Origin: Lobosporangium transversale
Lineage: Eukaryota
Assembly (NCBI RefSeq): GCF_002105155.1
Contig: NW_019028995.1
Location: 682,001-746,000, forward strand
Length of the DNA stretch: 64,000 nucleotides
Direction: 5' to 3'
Shown: piece by piece, positions 10,717 to 24,700 of the stretch
How the letters are laid out: each line of letters begins with the position of its first letter
Position numbering within the stretch: the stretch's first letter is position 1
The notes under the pieces: generated by a model
Told to the model about the DNA's origin: nothing
The model's database searches: none
The model's input: only the letters and a program-made list of their open reading frames with translations
Made by a program: the position numbers and the translations under genes

Positions 10717-11704
10717 ATGCCTAAAGCTAAACAAAAAAAACTCAAGGCTATCACGGCTATCACGGCTATCACGGCTATCACGCATGGAGCAGCCCCTCCT
10801 TCTTACGATGGTAAAGAAAGCCATTCTTCCTCTGCAACCGCCAACATTTACATCAAACCACTTTTTGGCAACAAGCTGTGCATCGTCTACATTGCTACAC
10901 TGACAGACAATGGCATGTTCAAACCGCCCGGGGAAGGATGTGATGAAATTGGGCAACCAGGGTTTTCTCGGCATGTCCACAAATGCCATGCGTGCCATAC
11001 GATGATTGAAGAAATGTTGACGAAGAAAAAAAAAGGTCCAAAAAACGCCTCGTTTGCGTTACTGCCTGACCACCAGAGCCGGAACCACCATTATCTCGAC
11101 TCGAACCCGATCGTCATATCCACAAAACTCCTTAATCCAACGTATTCCAGCGAGGCATCCTCTGTTCTACCAGATCCCAGTGAGATATCCTCTCCTCCCC
11201 CAGATCCTAGCAAGACATCCTCTTCTCCTCCAGACCCATTTTCTCCTCAGTTAGATCACATCACGGAAGCTGTCTCGCCAGATCTCACCTCAGAAGAGCT
11301 ACAGTTCACAGTCCAACCCTGGGCAAGTCGCTCTGTCACCCCCTGTTCGGATGAGCTCCTGTCGCGAAAACAGAAGCGTATATTAGATGGAATGGACTTG
11401 GCACCCCGCGTGGCTCCACCAGGGCGTTCTGAAACCCCCAGCAAGTGTGGTAGTGAAACTGCATCTCGTCTAAGAGCACTAGAAGAGGGTATCTGTAAGT
11501 TAGTTGATATCAATTCGATTCAGTTGAGAACAACAGAGAACAAGCTTTCTGATATCTGTACTTTTTATTTTTTATTTTTTTAATTTTTTTAATGTTATTT
11601 TTGCCTAATGTGCTTTGCCATGTCTACTTGTGATCTGCACAGCTGAGATGAAGAGAATGCAAAGCGCCATATTAAGCGAACTAAAAAAAAATGACCGCAC
11701 CTGA
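10717..11704 (+). CDS. Passenger gene inside Academ: hypothetical protein (Cys/His motif, Pro/Ser-rich linker, C-terminal coiled coil)
   Basis: ORF 10669-11583. Probable intron 11558-11642 (gtactt..cacag) joins in frame to an exon ending TGA at 11702-11704. CDEIG..RHVHKCHAC motif. Start may be 10669. Confidence 0.5.
10746..10781 (+). repeat. 9-bp tandem repeat (ggctatcac)x4 in coding sequence
   Basis: Encodes AITAITAITAIT. Confidence 0.9.
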
Positions 11705-12747
11705 GGCCAAGCATGGATGATTTTAGGAGAGTTCGACTAACTCGTTAGTTTTCTTTTTTTTTTTATTAATATAAAAAATCTGTGTTTTGCGGACATGGAC
11801 TTCTCTCATGTTTGCCCCTTTCATGGGATACAGGCGTTTTATTAAAGATAACGGTTACTTAATATCAGAGCTTGTTTTGGAGTTTGCCAAACAAGCGGTT
11901 CGGAGCCAACTTTCTTTTGTCCTGCATGAGTTGTTTTGGCTGTAAACTACTTCACTTCCTCTTGCAATAAACCTATTTGTATCACGACAGTCTAAGCCCA
12001 ACTCATCTTCCCTATTTGTGGGGGAACAATCCGACGCTTGCTGAACTCTGCTTCAGTTTTAGTAGGAAGATCCGACATCAAAAGATCAAAAAACAATGTT
12101 GTTTCTTGGCTGTCACTAGCCAGACTATTGACAAATTTTCTTGCAACTGGGTGGATGTTAAACGGACTCTTCCCTTGAAGCACAAAAAGAGTGAAGTGAA
12201 AATTGGCCACAGGTCATCATTTACTCCACAATCCAGTGCGTTGTCGCTGAAAAATATTTAGGATAGATAGTAGACTGTCAAAAAGTAAGTGAGAATAAGA
12301 CGTGGGTCCACACACCACACCCATGGATTATTTTATTCATTTCTGGTAGAGAGACTTGTATCAGATAGCTACATATCTATCTGTAATAATACAACATGGT
12401 TTCGCATGTCAGCGATTTGTCGCGTCTTAGTGTGACGCATTATTGCCACTGGTTTCTACCGCTATTTTTATTTTTTATCGATCAGTTTTTTAGTCGGACC
12501 ATTATTATTGCATATTGAAATATGCAACAACTTTCCCTTTTATTGAGGAATGAGGCACGCATTCCAGGCACAGAAACGGTTTGAGATTAGACTCAAAGAA
12601 GGATCGCGATTGCTATGCTTAATTTTTTAACTTTTTAATTTTTTAATTTTTTTTTTTTAAGCTTTTTCCTGATAGATTTCTGAGATTTAGTACGCTTTAT
12701 TACAAACTAAAATGTTTCAACAATCAATTGGGACAGATGACACTATG

Positions 12748-13079
12748 TTAGCTGCCATTGGGGTTTCCACGTTTGGAGAAGTCAAAAGAGGTCATATTAT
12801 GGAACGCGATCTTTGGCTTTGCGGTAGGCCGTGGTTTTTGAACACGGCCATTCCGGCCAATATGGGACTCCTTCTTTTGGAGCTGCGGTTGCATTTCAGG
12901 CTGGCACGCACTATCGATGTCCTTATTTAAATTGATAAGGAGATTGGCGAGTTCCGTTAAAATGTCGTCGTTTATAAAGGTCCAACCGGTAATTGATGTT
13001 ACCGATTCGGGCGACGTAAAACGCACAAGCCAATGTAACTCCTATGGTCGACCAGCGAAGGAGTGTTGCTAGGATTCAT
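12748..13079 (-). pseudogene. Short disrupted ORF starting in the right TIR; possible relic of the AcademH helicase gene
   Basis: ATG at 13079 is at the TIR edge and reads MNPSNTPSLVDHRSYIGLCVLRRPNR*. An out-of-frame segment RFTSPESVTSITGWTFINDDILTELANLLINLN..KRGNPNGS* follows. No helicase motifs are present. Confidence 0.4.
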
Positions 13080-13406
13080 CGTAAGTTGTTTGTAGAGGGG
13101 TGGAGTGTAGGAAGTGAAGAGATAAGTGTTTGAGAGAGGTAAGCCGAGAAGCGAGAAAGAGAAGCGGAAGGGAAGCGAGAAAGAGAAGTGCGAAAGAGAA
13201 GCGGAAGGGAAGCGATTAAGTGAGGTTAAGAAGTCAAGCCCATTCAGGTTTATGAAACAATATCACAATATGTTACAAAAATAAACAAAGACTTTTTTTA
13301 TTTTTTATTTTTTTTGCTAGAAAACTATGGCATGCAGCAATTGTGAATAGAATATTCACCTTGAGCTCAGGACTCAGACTGTGAAGGGGATTGGAGGTGG
13401 AACGCG

Positions 13407-13438
<32 letters not shown>

Positions 13439-13672
13439 TTATTATTGTGCATGAATTTTTTATAAGTATAAATACTTATAAAAAATACAGCCACTAGTTC
13501 TGTCCCTTGCATATACGGAAGAATATTCCCTCAAGTGCATTATTTATTTCCTTTTTGAGCTACCAGCTAATAAGCGAAGATTTTTTCCCAGCCCCTTCAC
13601 TTTAGGTGACTCAAAAAGGAAATGGAATTTCCTGTCACCTTTATAAAGTGAAGAGGGATGGGAACGAGCCTA
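13077..13672 (-). repeat. Right TIR of the Academ element (~596 bp)
   Basis: Reverse complement of 2776-3372. Ends on the minus-strand ATG at 13079-13077. Confidence 0.95.
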
Positions 13673-14261
13673 GATTAATCCAATACGGATCAATGGATGT
13701 AGGTTTACAAGCAACGTCCCTGTAGAAAATGAATAATGTTAGTAAAAGGGTATGATTCCTAAAGTGATCTCTTGATCAAAATCTATAAGAATAATAATGG
13801 CATCCTCCACTTTGTCGGGTCTAATGAGCTTTCTTTCTTGGAGCACAGCACAAACTTTGACAAAATACATGTACAAATGAAATGGCAGCTGACATGGCCA
13901 ATGCGTGAGGACATGACAAGTTTATAAATAAAAAATCCTTTATCTTTATTTCTTATTTAAAAAGTAAGGCGGACGAAAGAGTAGAGGGGAAATGTTTTAC
14001 TTGACGACAAGTGGCCGGCGTCCAGAATAACTGGATCGGTACGACCATAGCTTGGGTGGGTTCGGCAAGGCTCCTTTCAAAGGGGGAGAAAGGCAGTGTA
14101 CGATTCACGATGGCTCATAAAAGAACAAAGAAAGCTTATTCTGGCAGATCGAGGGTGTACACGTTTTTTCTTAATTTTTCTTCTTTTTTTTATAACATCA
14201 TAAGATTGGGAGTGAGGAAGGCAAAAGGACATGAAAAAGCTTACAGCAATTGCTGAAGCCA

Positions 14262-14633
14262 TTATAGATCGTGAAGAGCCAAGGGTTGACGACGACCACT
14301 GCGATTATGAGGTAGGCAACGGTTGGCAGTAGTTGCTACTGCTGGGGCAGGGACAGGTGTGTATCCAGTCTTGCTGATGCCACCACGGCTCGACATAGAG
14401 GTGGGCACCAATGTCGAGGACCGATACATGGAGGGATAAGTAACAGTCATTGATGATTGAGCAAAGCGTTTGAAGGACAACGATGAGGACGACAACGAAG
14501 AGATCGAAGGCTGAATCGAAGGCTTGTTGGCAACTGACATGAGTTTGTCCATTCGTGAACATTCTTTGGAGCAGTATACAGCGCCGAGATCCATGACATG
14601 TTTTTCGCAGAAGAGGCACCAATCGGAATCCAT
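14262..14633 (-). CDS. Ecl1-family small zinc-binding protein, 123 aa
   Basis: MDSDWCLFCEKHVMDLGAVYCSKECSRMD matches the Ecl1 pattern CxxC..YCSxxC, followed by a Ser-rich tail. Confidence 0.75.
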   Translation of the reverse strand: MDSDWCLFCEKHVMDLGAVYCSKECSRMDKLMSVANKPSIQPSISSLSSSSLSFKRFAQSSMTVTYPSMYRSSTLVPTSMSSRGGISKTGYTPVPAPAVATTANRCLPHNRSGRRQPLALHDL

Positions 14634-16231
14634 GATTGTTGAATAATTAGCAAAAAAAAAAAAAAAGAAAACTGTTTTGAATTTTTTTTTTTTTTTTTTT
14701 TTTAAGCAGAACAAGGATCAATCAAAAGGGGCAGAGATCGATGAACTGTTTTAAGATTGTGAAAAAAAAAGAAAAGAGAAGAGGAGGAGGATCCCATGCT
14801 TCTGGTGGAGGCATCTCTTTTACAAGAAGGAAAAAAAAAATGCTTTGCCACCGAAGCAGTCCTTTGGAAAAATGTTTCTTCTAGGTTCTCGTGGTTTCTA
14901 GAGACAACAATTGCAATGCGCAGCCACTTTTTCTGTGAGAGCAAAAGAAATGCAGCACAGCAATTGATACTTGAACCAGTAGGGAAGCAATATTCAGCAT
15001 CTTTCTTTGTGTCCACAGAAACATCCCGTTGAAAGTATTCCGACTGAGTCTGAACACATAGGCTGCAACCTTAGTGCAGATTGCGTTTAGCGCAATTGAG
15101 TAACGATTGTTTTTATCGCCTATGCAAGAGTTGATGTAGTTGTCGTTATTCGGATGATCTCGACAGGCAGTGCCCCTTCAAATTCCTTAAAGCTACGCAA
15201 CATCCACTAACCTCCCTTTTCGTGACAGGCGTATTTACCGGGGTGTAGTAGGGGGAAGAAAGAAAGTTCCTATCTACACTTTATGATGTGGTGGCAAAAC
15301 ACATCCATTTAGATTGGATGCATTTTTTTTTTTCAGGGACAACATGACTGTGTTCTGAATATTTTTAACCATCTCGATCTGCTGTGTTGATTGTCCCAGT
15401 TCCTGTAGCATGCCCATTTCAGCAGCGTGATGAACTTTAGTTCGTCACAGTAAGGTCCTCCCGTTACGATAAACTTTGTGTGAATAAAATAGGAGAGAGT
15501 TTGTTTGGTTTGCCACCAGAGCAAACTCAATTGAGACTTTGTGGTTGGGACAGCCAAACTAAAATAGCCGCCACGACTTGGGTAGCATGATGTGACGATG
15601 TGATCGAAGGCAGGGGGAGGAAAAGCGGGAGAAAAAAAGTAGAGGAGAAAGGGAGGAGGCAGAAGTAATGTTGTTAATGTAAACTTGTTGTACTTTATAT
15701 AGTGGATGGTGAACAGTGGAGCTTCGGTAACGTTCAATCTAGTTGCTAGTGCACAGGATAATATTGGCTTGATATGGATGGCATGAAGGATGTACACATA
15801 TAATGGAGTTTCTATGAAATGAGGAGTATCAAGGACTTGAAATGGACATGTATACTATTCATGCATATACACAACATCAAGGAAGAATGACCCTCATTTG
15901 CCACCAAAACAAAACTTCATGCAACCTTACACAATCAGCATAGAAAAGAGGGATAGTTTACCAGACAAAACACACAAAATACACAACGCGCTTTATTATT
16001 ATTATTATTATTATTATTATTTTTCGCTCCATGGCCCTTACAAAATAGCTCCAGTCCTTTGACCAATAGTTATTTATTTAATTCTTCAACTGTCGAAATC
16101 TTTTTATTTTTTATTTTTCTTAGTCTGATTCAGTTCGGTTCCAACTTTTTATTTTTTTCTTGAGCTGGCCCTGCAACTCTCGGTATAAACCCAGTTCAGA
16201 TTCTCATTCTTTCACATCCTCTGCTACATCC

Positions 16232-19282
<3,051 letters not shown>

Positions 19283-19494
19283 CCTATCCGTGTTCCATTG
19301 TATCAATCCTATAATCACGAGGTAGTTTGTTTGACATTTCCTAAAAGTTCCGTCATTCATCATCATGATATGAACATTTAGTTGATTCATTGCAATAAAA
19401 ACTCGACAGCATTTGTATTGTACACAGACGAAACCAAACTAGCAAGTCAGCAAACCCCTCGCCACGAACAATGGGAATCTATTTTATAAATGCT

Positions 19495-20988
19495 CTACGC
19501 GGTTTTCTTGGCAAAGAAACTGGAGATGGGTTTCATTCCTGCGCTAGCCTTGGCCAATTTTTTCTGTCCAACAGACATTTTCGGCTTTTTTATCTCCTTG
19601 TCTGCTTTAAAGTCTTCATCTAAATCCATTCCAGATCGCTTGCCAAAGTCGGAAATCGATAGTAGCTGAGTCCTACTCTGCATTTTATCAAGTTCAGGAA
19701 ATCTATAGGAGCACGGTTTTTTTACGTTTAAGATTAATTATGAGTTATTGAGTGAGATGGTACCTAGCGCAATGCATTGCAATGCAACTATAGAGATAGC
19801 GTCGGATCATTCAGATCACTCCTATCGTTGTCTTTGAATGATTTATACTTGTTACTTACTGATATTCAGCAGCTAATTTGGCGTCCCAGCTGTCTGACAA
19901 GTATGCGGATACAAGTCTCAGGGCAGACTGTACAATAGCCTCTAATTACAGAAAAGAATACGTCGAGATAAAAAAAAATTTAGTCCGCTAACTTAAAAGG
20001 CATGGCCTTGCCGCGTCAAGGCTATAAGGTTAAAAAAAGAGGAAAGTCGGCCCTCCTAGGCTCCATCACATCCTAACCTTTTCTGCAAACTTCAGGCAAT
20101 GATTCTGTATAGGCAATTGATTCGACCAAGGCAGGGACAGATTCAAACTTGTTGACTATTAATTCTACTTTCTGTTTCAACCATTTCATAGTCTTATCAT
20201 CATCTAATCTAAATGTCTTCATTATGCTTGATCCGCGTACTTCACAGACCAAAGCCAGAGAGAGCTCAATTTTGTGAAGTTGTGAAAGGTGTCTTAAAGA
20301 AGTATACTGATCGCTTTCAAAAATGGTATCAATGGTCAAAAATCGACCTTCCGAATCAATGGTTTTTTGACGCATTATATCTAGAATGGGGATGAACATG
20401 AAGACAGGGTCGATTGGTGTGGTAATGTATAATGATCCATCTAATATTTATACACAAATACATTAAACAAAATGGTGATTTTTATTTTTATTTAATCTTT
20501 ATACTCATATTTATTAAGCATTTTGCGCGATAAAATAAAATTATTAAAAAAAGGTACCTGATTGAACTGTATCTCCAACAAACCATGACCGTAAGCCTTC
20601 CGTATCAACTACTTGCATTTCAAAGAGCCGACCTTCTTGAATGATGTATCGAGATGGAAGCCCTATTTAGTCCAGGATTTTTTTTTTTTTTTTTAACAGA
20701 AAAAAAAAAAAAAAAGAGTTAAATAAACTGATCAATTATATTGATCTCTCCCTTCTCCTTTTCTTTGGCAGTTCAGTGCGATGATCTATGAGATGAATTA
20801 CCGGAACTAGGATTTGGGAGGAGTATGCTGATAGGATTCTCTGAGTTCTGTGATACTAAAAAACAATATGAGTTGAGGTGCTTTTTAAAATATTACTTTT
20901 ATTTATCTTTTTTATTATTATTGCTTATTCTTCTTCTGTGTCTACCTTTGGGACCTATACAGATCCTCTGTTGCATTTCTACTGACAT
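19495..20988 (-). CDS. RNH202: Ribonuclease H2 subunit B, multi-exon
   Basis: Exons read MSVEMQQRICIGPK, LPNPSS, GLPSRYI..LFEMQ..RSWFVGDTVQS, DGSLYITTPIDPVFMFIPIL, FRLDDDKTMKWLKQKV, and C-terminal GMKPISSFF (PIP box). Confidence 0.88.
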
Positions 20989-21789
20989 GGTGAATGACTT
21001 TTTTTTTTTTTTTTTAAAAGATGGTAGAATAAATTGTAGAGTGGCAAAAAAAAAAAAAAAAAAAAGTAGCGTGCAACGACCCTTGAATGATTTGTTTAAC
21101 AGCAAAAAGACTTTTTAAGGGGTGTTCAGAAAAAAAAGAGAACAAACTTGATTTGCGAGGTAAGCTCAACAAGCAACAAGACAAACTTCTTAGTAATTAT
21201 AATAGTAATAACCATAATACATACGCATCATTGAGCTTTATTAAGCGATTTAAGGATGAGAGATGTTGGTATATGTATACTTTTATTGAAAAAAAAAAAC
21301 CTCTTCTTAACTACATTTAATAGAAATCGATCAGGCAAACCTACTACATGGAATCTCATAAGAAATGGTGGGCGTGTCTACACAGCTCAAGTGAATAGTT
21401 TTCTCAAAATAAATAAATAAATAAATAGATATTACCATGGTATGGCTATAGAGCGAAAAATCCTAGGATCAACATGACATGTACTTTCTTTCTTTTTTTT
21501 TTTTGGGCAATTACATGCATTTCTTAAGGGGGGACATGGCGGGTATTTATTATCTAGTCTCGTTTCTAAATATTCTCCCTTTCTTTTTCACTTTCTTTTA
21601 CTTTTTGCCACAATAACATTCATACTTGCTCTCATCTTTCGCCCTCAAATTTAATATTTTGTTCAAACAGGTACCTGTAAACATACACTTGGAACTCTCA
21701 ATTGCATTTTTCTGTCCATATCATCAATGCTAATAAGTGTTATTCGTCTTCTTTTGCTGAAATCAATAAAAAGAAAAGAGCAACAAACA

Positions 21790-24700
21790 ATGTTTGGTAC
21801 CAAGTTTGGTACCAAGCGTGCCTCATCACGGGGTATACTCTCTCCAGCGAAGGCTCTGAAACTCTTCGATATCTACATGGAAGGCACTCGCAAAATAAAT
21901 GATGATGATGAGGTAGTGATGGAGCTTTGTCTCGATGCAGATTCTGTGCTATCTCGAATTCAACGATCTGCAAGAAAGGTCCTCACTTCATCAACTTTTC
22001 CATTTTCTAACGAGGATATGGCTCTGCGCCAAGACATTGCTTCAGCCTTCTATGATCTCGCTCGCTTGTTTGAGCAGTTGGGTCTCTCAGGTGATGCTCA
22101 GATACGTGATAGAGCAGCTGAAGAATGGGGATACATCAATGGAAGCAACATCACCCGCCAAAGGGCATTGTCTTTTGACTTTTCTATCAGCAGCAACACC
22201 AGCAACATTAGCAATATCAGCGGCATGAGCGACATCAGCAGCAGCAGGAACAGTATCGATAGCATCGATAGCAATAGGAATAAGGACATCGCCATCAATA
22301 CCAATAATAATAATAGTAGTAGTAGCAGTAGTAATCGATCTAGGGAGGTAGCTGAACTAGCAAGAGGCGCAACAATTCAAGGCACTGCAACTATTCCAAA
22401 AGATATATTCAACTATAACGTACCTCATGTGGTTATCAAATACGTCTTACCAAACGTTGATGCCCATCTGAACGATGTTCAGCAGCTTGTACATTGTCTT
22501 AGTCTGCTTCCTACGGCGCCTGTCCCAACAAAAGATCTCGATGATCATGAGCAAGAGTGGGCTTTGGCCAGATCAAACGATCATGATGAGCAAGAGCGAT
22601 TACATAACATTGCATCGGATATGATTACATTGTTCATTAATGACGGAGTCAAGACCAGGGCCACTGTCGCTGAAGCCGTGTCTCTGGCTCCAACCCTCAG
22701 CCATGATCAGTATAGGACACTACTCATGGCTCTAGTCAATGGGATCAGCCAGAGTATCATGCTAGAGACTCATTTATTGGAAGGGCTGGCTCAGTTGATG
22801 CAGCGCGCTCCACTTGGATATCTCGACTCGGATGACCTTGTTTCAATCCTTAATGTTCTCAGTTCTCGCTTGCAGGAAACTCACAACCAATCTGACAGCC
22901 ATCTCTATAATTTAACTGCTACAGTCTCACATGTTCTTGATGCAATGGTCAACAACCAGATCAAGGGCCTTAAGCGGGAACAACTCCATGAACCACTCGC
23001 TGCATACCTCAAGGGGTTGAAAGCCAGCTCAGATCCTCATCTAGTCTATCAAGCAGCTTATGCCTCTCAAGCTCTGCTGTATATCCCAAACGATGAAACA
23101 ACAGCACAATCAATGCTCAGGCGGACATCAGCAGTATCTCGAGGATTGTTTGGAATGGCAAGCGCAGTCAAAGGTTGGGATATGAACGCTTTCATGGATG
23201 AATTAGGCAACATCCAGAAGGGGCTTCCGTCGACGATTGGCGTTGTCGGTATACATCTTCCACTTTACGAAAGTGGCGTGATATTCAAGCAGTGTTTGGA
23301 AGAAGGCCTCAGTTTTGATCGCAAGACAGCATGGTATCCTACACTACATGGAGCTGATGCACTACTCCAGGCAGGGGAGCTCACCAAGTTCAAAGCTCTT
23401 TTGTGTGAAGCGCCATGTCGAATGGATCCAGCATTCCAGTGGGGACTATGCCAGCGGCTTGGACAAATTGGAGCCGATCAACGGTGGGTTATGGATATCC
23501 GTCAGGATGCGATTGCTTTTCTGGGTGAGATTTATAAGAATGATTGGGAGTGGGGCTTTCATGTGCACATCAAGCAGTGGGTCATAAACCTCCTTAGGAA
23601 ACTAGCTTCGTTGCCAATGGGAGGTCTATCAGGTCGGCCATTTTTCTTTTTTCTGTGTGTGTGCTTTAGGATGGTGAGCACTCAACATGTGATTATTAAT
23701 CCTATTGCTCTACATTCCCGTTATTTTATTTCTTTCTAGCTGCAAAAGCCCTTTTAAACCGTCTGGAGGTGGATGGAAGCCTTGAAAAGCAAGAACTATA
23801 CAGAAGCTGTTTCGGAGAACCACTGCTTCAGTGTCCCTATATTATCACACCACCTCCATCTGCATTTCCATCATTGCTCAACCGCGTGCAGAAGATACCT
23901 GATGTCGAAAAGAGCCTGCGTTTATTAAAGCGGCAGCGGACGAAGGACGAAGATGACAGGAGGTTTTACATCCAACAATACGCCAAAGCGAGTCGCCAAG
24001 CATGTGATGATAAAGTGTTTTTGCTGATGGACAAGGCAAAGGAGTGTTTAGTCAGCGGCCAGGGAGTGTTGCTCATCCAAGGCACTTCAGGAGCAGGCAA
24101 GTCGACGTTCAACCAGACCCTCGAGTGCATCTTATGGGAAGCGTACCAAAAAAGGCATGGCCGGATTCCATTGCTTATCAATCTGGCAACCATTGATAAT
24201 CCAGAGAAGGATTTGGTCGCAAAGCACCTGCGAAGATATGATTTTACTGATTCACAGATAAAGGAGTTAAAGATGAATCGGTCATTCGTTTTGATTTGTG
24301 ATGGATACGATGAGAGCCTGCAAACCAACAATTTGTATGTGACCAATCAGCTTAACCAGCCTGGGCAGTGGACGGCTCAAATGGTGATTAGTTGTCGCAG
24401 TGAGTATCTTGGGTTGGATTATCGAGATCGCTTCCGACCGATAGACCGCAACCACCAAGCAGACTCTGGATTATTTCAAGAGCTCACAATTTTACCTTTC
24501 TCTGAGATCCAGATCGATGAATATATCAAACAATATGTTGCCGCCGTGGATCCACTGTGGCCAGTTGAGAACTACCAGCGTGCACTCAAGATGGTACCCA
24601 GCCTACATGAGCTCGTGAGGAACCCTTTCTTGCTGTCGTTAGCGCTGGAAGTTCTACCACGAATGGTAGATCCAAGCAAAGATATCTCCAACACGCAGGT

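Larger units (their letters stand above)
2776..13672. mobile_element. Academ (AcademH-like) DNA transposon, 10.9 kb, with passenger genes
   Basis: Ends TAGGCTCG...CGAGCCTA, TIRs 2776-3372 and 13077-13672, 9-bp TSD gattaatcc at 2767-2775 and 13673-13681. Encodes a DUF6589/Academ-type transposase. TAG..CTA ends, long TIRs and a 9-bp TSD match the fungal AcademH lineage. Confidence 0.88.
1388..13681. mobile_element. Element A: non-autonomous MULE-like TIR element (~650 bp own sequence), interrupted by element B and by the Academ element
   Basis: TIR ggattaatctatttggcagcccat at 1388-1411 with its reverse complement ending at 2775, extending imperfectly to ~60 bp. The terminal gattaatcc recurs at 13673-13681. 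TSD aatacggat at 1379-1387 and 13682-13690. Internal (t)tggcagcc repeats. G..C ends plus a 9-bp TSD fit Mutator-like elements. Confidence 0.85.

Noticed and set aside
11869..11897. Hairpin gcttgttttgg..ccaaacaagc as a Helitron 3' end
   Set aside because: No CTRR terminus at the expected spacing and no Rep/helicase gene.
2776..13672. Classifying the large element as hAT or Mutator
   Set aside because: The TSD is 9 bp rather than 8, and the ends are TAG..CTA rather than G..C. The transposase motifs (YDNIN, GDQLT, QEHNN) are not hAT or MULE motifs.
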